The notes below the pieces were generated by a model. The model had not been told where the DNA came from. It saw only the letters and a program-made list of their open reading frames with translations, and ran no database searches. Shown here in pieces: positions 49,846-57,784 of a DNA stretch of 64,000 nucleotides. Origin of the DNA: a virus; IMG/VR virus record IMGVR_UViG_3300026076_000001, one strand, 5' to 3'. Made by a program: the position numbers and the translations under genes. Position 1 is the first letter of the stretch, and every line of letters begins with the position of its first letter.

Positions 49846-50578
49846 AACCTTGGTTGATCTTGGAGACCAGATACGATCTAACCAGACCAGACCTCACGAT
49901 ATCCTCAAGACCGAATTCAACCTTGCTGAACTCAGGCATACCATTAAGGATCTGCATAAAATCTAGAATGCCAGTACGTTCTGTGACCTTAAGTAGGTCA
50001 GACTGACTAGCGTCACCAGCAAAAAAGATCTTGCTGTTCTCGCCAACTCTTGTCATTATACTATCTAATTCGTGAAAATTCAAGTTCTCGAACTCATCCA
50101 CGATTACAATAGCATTATCAAGAGTCGTACCCCGTAGAAAAGAAGTAGACCAAAAGCTAATCGTTTCCTGTCTTTGGAGGTCATCGTAAAGCGTTTCAAA
50201 TTCCTTGTCCGTATACATTGAGAACATATGCTTGACCATATTCCTATAAGGAATCTGATACAAGTATGATTTATCCTCGTGTGTTCCAGGAAGGAAACCA
50301 ATCTCTCTAGTAGGGACTAGTGACCTTACAATGTATATTTTCTCATAAGGTGTGCTCTCTGTCAATACTTCCTTCAAAGCTTGATACAAGAGACAGAATG
50401 TCTTACCAGTACCAGCACATCCATAAGCAACTAGATTCTTTCCCGTAGCATACTGTTCCCATAACAACTCCTGTGCAGGAGTCAGAGGTTCTATTGGTTT
50501 TAATAGTTCTGTGTTAATAGGTTTCGTACGTTTCATCTGCTTAGTGGACAGAGTTGTTGCTGATTTTTTACGTGGCAT
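49829..50578 (-). CDS. phoH: PhoH-family ATPase
   Basis: GCAGTGKTF, RSLVPTREIGFLPG, SFLRGTTL, VDEFENL, GD..QSDL, F..EDIVRSGLV. Confidence 0.95.
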   Translation of the reverse strand: MPRKKSATTLSTKQMKRTKPINTELLKPIEPLTPAQELLWEQYATGKNLVAYGCAGTGKTFCLLYQALKEVLTESTPYEKIYIVRSLVPTREIGFLPGTHEDKSYLYQIPYRNMVKHMFSMYTDKEFETLYDDLQRQETISFWSTSFLRGTTLDNAIVIVDEFENLNFHELDSIMTRVGENSKIFFAGDASQSDLLKVTERTGILDFMQILNGMPEFSKVEFGLEDIVRSGLVRSYLVSKINQGYDENI

Positions 50579-50821
50579 TTAGTAGTATTTGTATGGTTTA
50601 ACGTTGGCACCAGGTTGTTTACTTACTTTATGTAAGACTTCATTCCATCCTCCATCGGTTTTCATTCGCCAGTCACCTACTTCTCCCATACTGGCACAAC
50701 CTTCTGACCAGTCTCTATCCCAGTCAGGGTTCTCTTCTCGCCATTCAGTGTAGGCTTTCATTGTCAGGTTGAGAACTTTTGTCTCACCTGTTTCCTTATT
50801 TTTTACTGGATAAGTAGGCAT
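50579..50821 (-). CDS. FmdB-like conserved cyanophage protein
   Basis: MPTYPVKNKETGE...W..ENPDW...DGGW.EVL.KV...PG. Confidence 0.7.
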   Translation of the reverse strand: MPTYPVKNKETGETKVLNLTMKAYTEWREENPDWDRDWSEGCASMGEVGDWRMKTDGGWNEVLHKVSKQPGANVKPYKYY

Positions 50822-50828
50822 AATTTAT

Positions 50829-51512
50829 TTAGTCTATTCCTAAGATGTCACGCTCACGTTCTATGTCTCCTTGTATCCTAGCTTTATCGCCACCAGGATC
50901 AGGGTTTTCATAACGATGCTTGTTCTCTTTAGCAAAACCTTTCTCCCAAGGATTGCGATGCTGCGAATCATTGAGATGAATAGGTTTATCTGAAGTCCAA
51001 CCTCGTTGACCTAGAACTTCACGTTCATAGGTACCAACCTCATCAACTTTAGACATAATATCATCAAGTTCTTGTTGCTCTCTAGCAGATCCAGGTTGAT
51101 CAGAGTCAACAGAATTGTAGAGTGTACCAGAACTAGGTAAACCAACAGCCTTAGGTGTTCCTGTTATTTTACCATACTTTTTGATATCTTCTTCAAAATG
51201 ATTGATCTTTACCTTACGTTTATCAGTGATCTTAATTCCAGTCTTACCACTTTCCTCATCACTGTCCACCCAAGAGGATGGTAAAGGTGGTTTGTAGTCT
51301 GATCCTCTCTCTTCTGGAGTCCTAGTCTCTTGATTCATATCAGGATAACTAGGGAAGGAGTCTTCAGACTTGTGTATTGCCAGTCTTAATTTACCTGGTC
51401 TAACACAAAGCTTTGGGTTCATCTCTAGGAAATCATCTCTAGCTTCAAGAGATAGATATAATTCTCCTACAGATTCACCAGTCTCTTTGTTCTGGAATTC
51501 GTATAGTGGCAT
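50829..51512 (-). CDS. Hypothetical protein with an FmdB-like N-terminus
   Basis: MPLYEFQNKETGE...FLE.NP, similar to the downstream neighbour; charged low-complexity extension. Confidence 0.6.
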   Translation of the reverse strand: MPLYEFQNKETGESVGELYLSLEARDDFLEMNPKLCVRPGKLRLAIHKSEDSFPSYPDMNQETRTPEERGSDYKPPLPSSWVDSDEESGKTGIKITDKRKVKINHFEEDIKKYGKITGTPKAVGLPSSGTLYNSVDSDQPGSAREQQELDDIMSKVDEVGTYEREVLGQRGWTSDKPIHLNDSQHRNPWEKGFAKENKHRYENPDPGGDKARIQGDIERERDILGID

Positions 51513-52051
51513 TAGAATTTCATTACTGTAATATATCTAGGTCGATGAGCAGGTGTAACTGGTGGTCTACCAGAGTGAGGTAGTCTACCATCGAAGGATA
51601 CTATTCTACCAGGTTTAGGTAAGACAGACTTAAAAATCTCATCACCCTCATAGAATACTGTTTCTCCACCCCAGTCACGATGCCATTGATCATTAGTATA
51701 GAAAATAATTGTACGGTTGTTAGAACCTACATCCTCTACACGTGACCTAGGACGGTCTCCAAAGCGTATTAGATCTGTATACACCCTTCGTACTGTATCG
51801 TATGAAGGTACCTTACAGACCTTACTGAGTGCCTCGTAGAGTACGGTAGATAATTGTTCATCATTACTATCGCATAACGAATCACCCTTATGTATCCGTC
51901 TCCAAAACTTACCATCAGAAGCCATTGGATTAACATTATCAAATGTTGTATCTACTCCATCAGTTAAGGAATAGAATGCACTTGAAAGATACTGTGTAAT
52001 AGTTCGCAATGTATTTTGATCTATTACATTATCATATACTTTTACATCCAT
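51512..52051 (-). CDS. 2OG-Fe(II) oxygenase-fold protein with an atypical metal motif
   Basis: TIIFY.N..W..DWGGETVF...PKPGRIV.FDG..PH.G.P...R; the HxD position reads R-V-E. Confidence 0.8.
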   Translation of the reverse strand: MDVKVYDNVIDQNTLRTITQYLSSAFYSLTDGVDTTFDNVNPMASDGKFWRRIHKGDSLCDSNDEQLSTVLYEALSKVCKVPSYDTVRRVYTDLIRFGDRPRSRVEDVGSNNRTIIFYTNDQWHRDWGGETVFYEGDEIFKSVLPKPGRIVSFDGRLPHSGRPPVTPAHRPRYITVMKF

Positions 52052-52677
52052 TCTAATGCTTCAGATACTATAGGAAACTGTTCTTTAAATATATCCTTAC
52101 AAGCATTGGCAATATCCATATGCTCTTTCTGTGTACCGTGTCCACTTCTCAACTCAATATAATGCACCCAAGAACGTACACTACCTGTCATATATAACCG
52201 AGTCGGTGTAGCTAGAGGTAGTACAAACCGAGCAGACTCCTTAGCAACACCATCCTTCAACATATTCTGATACAACTTCATACCTTCTTTGAAATGCTTT
52301 TGCATTCTATAGTTGTACCACTTCACCTTTCTATCATCCATATCATCTGTAGAATTCTGACGGTTCTTCGTGTCTTGCCTACGCAATTCAGGTAGAGGAA
52401 TAGTATCTCCTAGTAAACTACTGTCAGCATACCGTTGAGAGAACTCTTGATATGTAAATGATCTGTGTCTTAATATCTGAGCAGCAAGACCACGTGTAGT
52501 TTCTATTTCTAATGTCATATGTGCCTGTTCAAAGACAGACCAATGACCGTGCTTGATACAATACCCTAAGAGTCCAGCGACCTTAGGGTTATCTTGGTTC
52601 TTAGGATTGCTAACACGAGCAACATATCCCATTGTATTTTCAGCGTCGGGTGTGACGGTGACAAGTTTTACATTCAT
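52042..52677 (-). CDS. thyX: FAD-dependent thymidylate synthase
   Basis: ARVSNP, GHWSVFE, QILRHRSFTYQEFSQRY, KESARFVLP, RSW.HYIELR. Confidence 0.96.
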   Translation of the reverse strand: MNVKLVTVTPDAENTMGYVARVSNPKNQDNPKVAGLLGYCIKHGHWSVFEQAHMTLEIETTRGLAAQILRHRSFTYQEFSQRYADSSLLGDTIPLPELRRQDTKNRQNSTDDMDDRKVKWYNYRMQKHFKEGMKLYQNMLKDGVAKESARFVLPLATPTRLYMTGSVRSWVHYIELRSGHGTQKEHMDIANACKDIFKEQFPIVSEALEWM

Positions 52678-52844
52678 TCTGGTTTTGGTTGGTTAGAGAA
52701 TCCTTGTCTGGTACGACGAATCCAGACATCCATTTCACGATCTCTTTCTATTTCTTTCAGTGCTGCTTGTAACTTGTCAAGTTCTTCATTCTCATAGAGC
52801 CAAGGTTTTTCAAGTGCTCTACGGATAGCTTTAGATGCTTTCAT
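52674..52844 (-). CDS. Small hypothetical protein (56 aa)
   Basis: Read by hand: MKASKAIRRALEKPWLYENEEL...GFSNQPKPE; ATGA overlaps at both ends. Confidence 0.7.
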   Translation of the reverse strand: MKASKAIRRALEKPWLYENEELDKLQAALKEIERDREMDVWIRRTRQGFSNQPKPE

Positions 52845-53494
52845 TTTGATAGTTTAATACTGTAGATTCCGTTGTCCAATTCGGATGGAACAAAATTCAT
52901 AGAGATAGAGACTCTAGTAACATCCTCTTTCAAGGTTAGTGTCTCGTGGGTGAGTTCACTAGACCAGAGGAATAGTATACCCTCATCAGGCATCATCGTC
53001 AAGGTTTCAGAGTTGTACATATTCTGTTCCCTTGGATCGGTCCTCAAATAAGGATCATTCTTTTCAATTCCTGGCGAGTGTACTGTCCATCCCTGTGCTC
53101 CTGGTGGGAAGTTCAGGTAATATGTACCAGACACAAAGGAATTACCGTGACTGTGTTTGAATTGATACCCACCCTTTCGAGTGATATTAACCCAACACTC
53201 CGTGATGAAATGATCCTTAGTCATATCCCAGTTGTATACATCTTGAGTAAAGTCTACATATGATTCACTCAAAAACTTCTCAAATTCTTTGACAACTGGA
53301 TGGTCTACATCCAGAAGACTTTCCTTAGAATTATTCCAGAAGTGTACGATGTCAGGAGATATAGCATTGTGTTCTGCATCTCTCTTAGCAGTTAGTTCCT
53401 GTACTAACGACCTTAATTCTACGTGTGGTTCCTTCTCCCATCGATAGATACCCAATGGTTTAGGAAACAGACTAACAACTTGTACTCTTTTCAT
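52841..53494 (-). CDS. 2OG-Fe(II) oxygenase (HxH type), tandem copy 1
   Basis: CWVNITRKGGYQFKHSHGNSFVSGTYY...LFLWSSELTH...RVSISMN. Confidence 0.88.
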   Translation of the reverse strand: MKRVQVVSLFPKPLGIYRWEKEPHVELRSLVQELTAKRDAEHNAISPDIVHFWNNSKESLLDVDHPVVKEFEKFLSESYVDFTQDVYNWDMTKDHFITECWVNITRKGGYQFKHSHGNSFVSGTYYLNFPPGAQGWTVHSPGIEKNDPYLRTDPREQNMYNSETLTMMPDEGILFLWSSELTHETLTLKEDVTRVSISMNFVPSELDNGIYSIKLSK

Positions 53495-54186
53495 TCTCTT
53501 GTTACCCTAAAATAATATCCACCAGCAGAGAATACCTTAGGCATAAAGTTCATAGAAACAGATACCCTTACAGACTGAGGACCAGTAGGTTCAGTATAAT
53601 GTAAGAGATTACCTGGCCATAGCTTCAGTTCACCTTCTGCTGCTTCACCATTCATCTGCATACAATTAAACTCAGTAGGTTTCCCTTGCTGAGTTCCTAT
53701 GTATGGTCTAGCAGGTGCAGACGCAGGGTTCTGAAATATAATATCACCAGGTGCACCTTCCATATGCACATAATATGTACCAGATACAATTGCATTAGCG
53801 TGTGAGTGTACTACTTGAGTACCACCTGGCTGAGTTACATTAACCCAACAGTCAGTAATGAATGCATCTTGTGTACTCTGCCAACCCTGTACATCTATAA
53901 GAAAATCAGAGTAGCATTCTCCTAACCACTTGGTAAAGTAATCAAAGATAGGACCATTATTATCATACAATAGATGCTCTCCATTCTTCTGATAATAATG
54001 TGATAGATTCTTAGAGAAATGATTCTTAAACGTCATCTTATTCTGATTACGTTGCTTATAATCTTCCATCGCTTCTCTAACAGCGACCTTTAACTCCTCG
54101 TGCTTACTCGGATCTGGCATCTTATAGGTGCCAAGAGGAGTAGAGAACATAGGGCAGACAGATTGTCTATTAGGATCTATTCTCAT
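53491..54186 (-). CDS. 2OG-Fe(II) oxygenase (HxH type), tandem copy 2
   Basis: CWVNVTQPGGTQVVHSHANAIVSGTYY...LWPGNLLH...RVSVSMN. Confidence 0.88.
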   Translation of the reverse strand: MRIDPNRQSVCPMFSTPLGTYKMPDPSKHEELKVAVREAMEDYKQRNQNKMTFKNHFSKNLSHYYQKNGEHLLYDNNGPIFDYFTKWLGECYSDFLIDVQGWQSTQDAFITDCWVNVTQPGGTQVVHSHANAIVSGTYYVHMEGAPGDIIFQNPASAPARPYIGTQQGKPTEFNCMQMNGEAAEGELKLWPGNLLHYTEPTGPQSVRVSVSMNFMPKVFSAGGYYFRVTRE

Positions 54187-54890
54187 AGGTCAGTTGATTT
54201 CAATAACTTGGATACAATCTCCTGATCGTGCTTAACAACCTTGAAATTATAAGCACCCGCTAAGAATTCCTGTGGCATAAAGTTCATAGAAATAGAAACT
54301 CTAGTGGCATTGCCCTTAGTAGGTGTAGTCATATGTGATAGATTACTTGGCCACAAAATAAGATACTGCTCTTTACAGTTACCGAAGTGTTGTGACTCAT
54401 TATAAATCGTGGCTTTACAATTGTCAAACCCCATATAGGGTCTGTTAGCCATTGAAATAGGATTAATATACATTATCTCTCCAGCACCCTCTTCCATATG
54501 GAGGTAGTATGTACCAGAGACAAATGAATTAGCGTGAGAATGTAGTACCTGACTACCACCCTCCTTAGTAACGTTGACCCAACAGTCTGTGATATATGAT
54601 TTTTCTGTGACCATCCAACCTTGTACGTTTGTCACGTAGTCAGCATAACATTCCTCCAACCAGTCGTGATAGTGTTGGAAGATTGGATCGTCGTTGTCGT
54701 AGAGTAAATGCTCTTTGGTATGCTGATAGAAGTGAGTTAGATTTTCTGTGTAATCACTCTTACCAGGTTGTACCTTTTTAATTGCTTGCCTAGTTGCCTC
54801 AAGTAGTTCCTTATGTTTGTCATCAGGATACTTATAGTATGCTAACGGCAATGCAAATATAGGTTCAACTAGTTCCGCTTTCACTGTCAT
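54183..54890 (-). CDS. 2OG-Fe(II) oxygenase (HxH type), tandem copy 3
   Basis: CWVNVTKEGGSQVLHSHANSFVSGTYY...LWPSNLSH...RVSISMN. Confidence 0.88.
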   Translation of the reverse strand: MTVKAELVEPIFALPLAYYKYPDDKHKELLEATRQAIKKVQPGKSDYTENLTHFYQHTKEHLLYDNDDPIFQHYHDWLEECYADYVTNVQGWMVTEKSYITDCWVNVTKEGGSQVLHSHANSFVSGTYYLHMEEGAGEIMYINPISMANRPYMGFDNCKATIYNESQHFGNCKEQYLILWPSNLSHMTTPTKGNATRVSISMNFMPQEFLAGAYNFKVVKHDQEIVSKLLKSTDL

Positions 54891-55029
54891 CTTTTAATGC
54901 ATTACGAAGTTTTTCAGCTTTGATTCTTTTCTTTACCATTTTAGCATAGTATACTTCTTGTTCAGTATACCATCCTGGATTTTCTTTACTCCTTTTTATA
55001 ATTAATTTTGCTGCTTTCTTGTCCTTCAT
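54865..55029 (-). CDS. Small basic hypothetical protein (54 aa)
   Basis: Start reassigned to MKDKKAAKLIIKRSKENPGWYT at 55029; the longer frame overlaps the upstream ORF. Confidence 0.65.
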   Translation of the reverse strand: MKDKKAAKLIIKRSKENPGWYTEQEVYYAKMVKKRIKAEKLRNALKDDSESGTS

Positions 55030-55222
55030 AGTACGCTCTAAAATATGGGACAACACCGTTGGTGATCTTGTGTCCCTTTGCAATCCACTCATCAGCACAC
55101 GCATAGATGGCTGTGTTGGTACAAGTGGTACCAAAAGAATGCAACAATTTTTTAAGCACGTCCTGACGAAGTTGTAATTGTTCTTCAGTCAGTGTATCCG
55201 TCGTCATCTTGGAGGAGTTCAT
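54986..55222 (-). CDS. Small hypothetical protein
   Basis: LRQDVL..LL..F......IY.CADEW...G.....V..Y..YY; the true start may be MTTDT. Confidence 0.65.
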   Translation of the reverse strand: MNSSKMTTDTLTEEQLQLRQDVLKKLLHSFGTTCTNTAIYACADEWIAKGHKITNGVVPYFRAYYEGQESSKINYKKE

Positions 55223-55355
55223 AAGAAGATTTAATTAGTGCTTCGGGTGGTGTAGCTGCTCTGTAAGCATCGACATCCGAATATACCTCCGATTCTAACA
55301 CATTTAGCAGAGATTTCAAGTCTTTTACGACGGTCTTTAGTTTTGTTTTGTCCAT
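55185..55355 (-). CDS. Small conserved cyanophage hypothetical protein (56 aa)
   Basis: Read by hand: MDKTKLKTVVKDLKSLLNVLESEVYSDVDAY...DDDGYTD. Confidence 0.7.
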   Translation of the reverse strand: MDKTKLKTVVKDLKSLLNVLESEVYSDVDAYRAATPPEALIKSSYELLQDDDGYTD

Positions 55356-55384
55356 TTTGTTCCCACTTTAACTATGTAGGTCAT

Positions 55385-55411
55385 AAAAAAAGACCCCTAT
55401 TTAGGGGTCTT
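55385..55411 (-). terminator. Intrinsic terminator after the DUF4278 gene
   Basis: AGACCCCT-AAAT-AGGGGTCT stem followed by a T-tract on the minus strand. Confidence 0.85.
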
Positions 55412-55415
55412 AAAG

Positions 55416-55538
55416 TTAAGCAGCAACTGCTTTGCTGTTGTGCTTGACACCTCTGTAAGTCAGTTCTGACTTAATAGATGTGTTGGACTTGCGTGAATCG
55501 GTGTCATACTCGACACCACGGTAAGTGACTTTTGCCAT
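55416..55538 (-). CDS. DUF4278-family peptide (40 aa)
   Basis: Read by hand: MAKVTYRGVEYDTDSRKSNTSIKSELTYRGVKHNSKAVAA, with two (L/V)TYRGV motifs. GGAGA SD lies 6 nt upstream. Confidence 0.9.
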   Translation of the reverse strand: MAKVTYRGVEYDTDSRKSNTSIKSELTYRGVKHNSKAVAA

Positions 55539-55572
55539 TGGCTTTCTCCAAAGTAGTAGGGTGTTTTAAGTC

Positions 55573-55754
55573 CGTTCCTTTAGTCGGCTTTTGCGTCCCA
55601 ACATTCAGGTGTTTCTTCTATCACAACCAGAATCATTTCTGCTCGTGTCTCTTCCTCTACATTGAACTCATACATCTTATCGATAAGAAGTTGAGCATCA
55701 ACACAAGATAAAGTAGATGCAATAACTGCTAGATGAAACATACTGGGATGAACG
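55573..55754 (-). ncRNA. Glutamine-riboswitch-like aptamer 2 (Downstream-peptide type), split by an ORF
   Basis: 5' half CGUUCAUCCCA (55754-55744); 3' half UGGGACGCAAAAGCCGACUAAAGGAACG (55600-55573). P1 and P2 pair across a 143-nt insert. Confidence 0.7.
55580..55741 (-). CDS. 53-aa ORF embedded in the aptamer 2 loop
   Basis: Read by hand: MFHLAVIASTLSCVDAQLLIDKMYEFNVEEETRAEMILVVIEETPECWDAKAD*. The last codons and the stop are the aptamer 3' half. Confidence 0.7.
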   Translation of the reverse strand: MFHLAVIASTLSCVDAQLLIDKMYEFNVEEETRAEMILVVIEETPECWDAKAD

Positions 55755-55757
55755 ATC

Positions 55758-55799
55758 CGTTCCGAGTCGGCTTACTTGCGTCCCCAAAGGGGATGAACG
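55758..55799 (-). ncRNA. Glutamine-riboswitch-like aptamer 1 (compact)
   Basis: CGUUCAUCCCCUUUGGGGACGCAAGUAAGCCGACUCGGAACG: P1 CGUUC/GAACG, P2 UCCCC/GGGGA, and the conserved GACGCAA/GCCGAC segments. Confidence 0.8.
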
Positions 55800-55824
55800 T
55801 ATGTGTTAATACTAACACAGGTAT

Positions 55825-55860
55825 ATTATATAGTCAAGTAATTATGTGTGATCTGATACA
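55825..55860 (-). promoter_or_regulatory. Sigma70 -10 box with an NtcA-like site over the -35 region
   Basis: TATAAT at 55830-55825; TGTATCAGATCACACA (GTA-N8-CAC, i.e. TGT-N10-ACA) at 55860-55845. Confidence 0.5.
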
Positions 55861-55877
55861 ATTTAAGGATGTCTTAA

Positions 55878-56426
55878 CTATCCACCTAAAGCTGTATCAT
55901 TAGGGTTGACTGCCATAGATGGAAGTGGTACTCCTTGAGTCATTCTTTGACCTGGTGTTGACCACTGCTTACCTTGTGGTTTAGGTGTTGAAGTTCTATT
56001 ACCCCATTCAATCTGAGGGAATGCTTCTTTAACTACGTTCTCTGTAATTCTAAATTTTTTCTTAAGGTTCTTATCCTTAACTAGACAGACTACCTCTGCC
56101 TCAGATTCGTGTAGCCCTTCTAGAAGACCTACAAACATTGTCTCTCTTTTTAAACTAGAAAGAGAATCAGCACCACCCTTTACAAAGTAGTGAAGAATTC
56201 TATGCTCTGTACTAAGTTGAGAATGTTCTGTTCCAGGAGGTGCTTCGTTTGGTTTGTAAGGTACAGCACCTTCTGGTAAAGCAGATTCGATACTAGGATC
56301 GAAGTTCATAATCAAAACCTTTCTAAGAGCATTACTATTATGCTCCCGTAAAAGATTAATCTTTGCTGCCTTGGTCTTAGCATTGCTAACCTTTTGTAGC
56401 ACTTCAGAAATTAATAGTTCAGCCAT
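55878..56426 (-). CDS. Conserved T4-like cyanophage hypothetical protein
   Basis: LLISEVLQKVSNAKTK..K..LL....S.ALR.VL..NFD.SI...LPEG.VPY..N.AP.GTEH..L..E...L.YFVKGG...L....RE.MF..LLEGLH..EA.V.CL.KDK. Confidence 0.8.
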   Translation of the reverse strand: MAELLISEVLQKVSNAKTKAAKINLLREHNSNALRKVLIMNFDPSIESALPEGAVPYKPNEAPPGTEHSQLSTEHRILHYFVKGGADSLSSLKRETMFVGLLEGLHESEAEVVCLVKDKNLKKKFRITENVVKEAFPQIEWGNRTSTPKPQGKQWSTPGQRMTQGVPLPSMAVNPNDTALGG

Positions 56427-56446
56427 AATAATTAGGTTTTTAGTAT

Positions 56447-56683
56447 TTAGTCATCATCTTCTACCTCTTGTTCGTGGAATCGAACGTGTAAAAGATCTCC
56501 AGAATAGGGATTGCCATTGGCATCATACATTTCTGGGTGTTCATAACTAGCAGGTTCTTCCCGTGTAGTGGTTGCGTATACAACATCGTTTCCTATCCAT
56601 CCAATAATACCTCCTAGAATAAAGAAAATTAGACTGGTAACAGCACTGAAATAAAGCATCTCAGGCATAATTATAATCCTCAA
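56447..56683 (-). CDS. Single-TM hypothetical protein
   Basis: Hydrophobic N-terminus, HPEMYD.NG motif, acidic tail. Confidence 0.7.
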   Translation of the reverse strand: MRIIIMPEMLYFSAVTSLIFFILGGIIGWIGNDVVYATTTREEPASYEHPEMYDANGNPYSGDLLHVRFHEQEVEDDD

Positions 56684-56694
56684 TTCGCTTTTAT

Positions 56695-56979
56695 TTAGAC
56701 CAACCCGATGGATTTAAAATGGCGTGCTGCCTCTACTAGACCTCCTAAATTCTTACCATTGTATACTATCTGAGGAAATGTTACAGTCTGTACTTTGAGT
56801 TCAGATAACACTTGTTCTCTGGTGATATCCCTATTCAATAGCATTTCATTGTAATCAACTTTAGATCTATTCAAAAGTTCTTTAGCTAGAGTACAATACT
56901 TACAACCATCCATAGTATAAAGAGTAGTTGTCTTACGTGGATCAAATGTCATTAGGTCCTCGTTGAAATGTATATCCAT
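56695..56979 (-). CDS. Glutaredoxin
   Basis: TLYT..GCKYC..AK.LL, TFPQI, LGG; the start may be at 56952. Confidence 0.9.
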   Translation of the reverse strand: MDIHFNEDLMTFDPRKTTTLYTMDGCKYCTLAKELLNRSKVDYNEMLLNRDITREQVLSELKVQTVTFPQIVYNGKNLGGLVEAARHFKSIGLV

Positions 56980-57124
56980 CCATAGTTCTATTCCGAATAA
57001 CTATTCTGTTATTCTCATAATCAGGTACGAATTCAAGTATGTCTTCATTGCCCCAACACAACTCCTCATAAAGGGAATTGAGTCTGGACATATCTGTCCA
57101 TAGATCTTGCGGAGGGTTGTCCAT
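56942..57124 (-). CDS. Small hypothetical protein
   Basis: DLW.DM..LNSLYEELCW...D.LEF..DY.N.RI.IRN, typical of small cyanophage ORFs. Confidence 0.7.
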   Translation of the reverse strand: MDNPPQDLWTDMSRLNSLYEELCWGNEDILEFVPDYENNRIVIRNRTMDGYTFQRGPNDI

Positions 57125-57170
57125 AAAAGGTATTAACCAGCTCTTAATGTATCATAATATCTATTCATTG

Positions 57171-57455
57171 TCAACCTTGCCATATCATATCAGGCATTGC
57201 TGCTGGTTGCTGTCTACCTATGGTGAGCATAAGAATGAAGTAACCCAAGAACCATATGATATTAAAGATCCAAGCTTGTCTGAAGAGATACTTCCTGATA
57301 CCCATTGCAATGAATACATTTCTCACTGCCTTAGGGTCATCTTCTTTACCTATTGATCTAAGTATCTGTTCTATCACCACCGCAATCAATGCACCTATCA
57401 CCATAGGATAGAATACAAAGTTAGCGAATGACATTATTGAAATAAGGAAAGCCAT
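57171..57455 (-). CDS. Two-TM membrane hypothetical protein
   Basis: Two hydrophobic helices; RKY..RQAW..N..WF motif. Confidence 0.7.
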   Translation of the reverse strand: MAFLISIMSFANFVFYPMVIGALIAVVIEQILRSIGKEDDPKAVRNVFIAMGIRKYLFRQAWIFNIIWFLGYFILMLTIGRQQPAAMPDMIWQG

Positions 57456-57784
57456 TAGTAGTGATCCTCCAATCCTTCTTGTGGTTCAGGTTTCCAGTCC
57501 TTACCATAATATTTTTCTAAAATATTGTGGTGAGGTGCTCTATCAAGTTGCTCTTGTGTAAACTTGTGAGACTTTGGTGGTTCCTTTGGAAACAACTCTA
57601 GTTGTATACCGTGTGCCTCCCAGAACCATTCTTCAGGATCCTCTCCTTTGATGTGAGAGAACCCATAATAACTACCATCATCTCTCTGATATAAAAAATG
57701 ATGATCGTGAGGATTCAACAACCACATCTGTGATAATTTATCTGTGGTTTTGTAACCGATCTCTTCCTTAGTAAGCTTCTTCAT
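57455..57784 (-). CDS. Hypothetical protein
   Basis: Coupled to its neighbours by ATGA/TAATG overlaps. Confidence 0.7.
   Translation of the reverse strand: MKKLTKEEIGYKTTDKLSQMWLLNPHDHHFLYQRDDGSYYGFSHIKGEDPEEWFWEAHGIQLELFPKEPPKSHKFTQEQLDRAPHHNILEKYYGKDWKPEPQEGLEDHY

Noticed and set aside
4285-50301. Short same-strand alternative-frame ORFs inside large genes (e.g. 4285-4470, 13759-13992, 24972-25250, 50104-50301)
   Set aside because: Leu/Val-rich off-frame translations with no SD or motif; no sign of frameshift, since the host ORFs are continuous.
854-53263. Many plus-strand ORFs antisense to long genes (e.g. 854-1126, 4086-4409, 24413-24985, 33934-34419, 38401-38886, 48501-48998)
   Set aside because: They lie entirely opposite well-supported genes, have no motifs, and are the expected shadows of biased codon usage.
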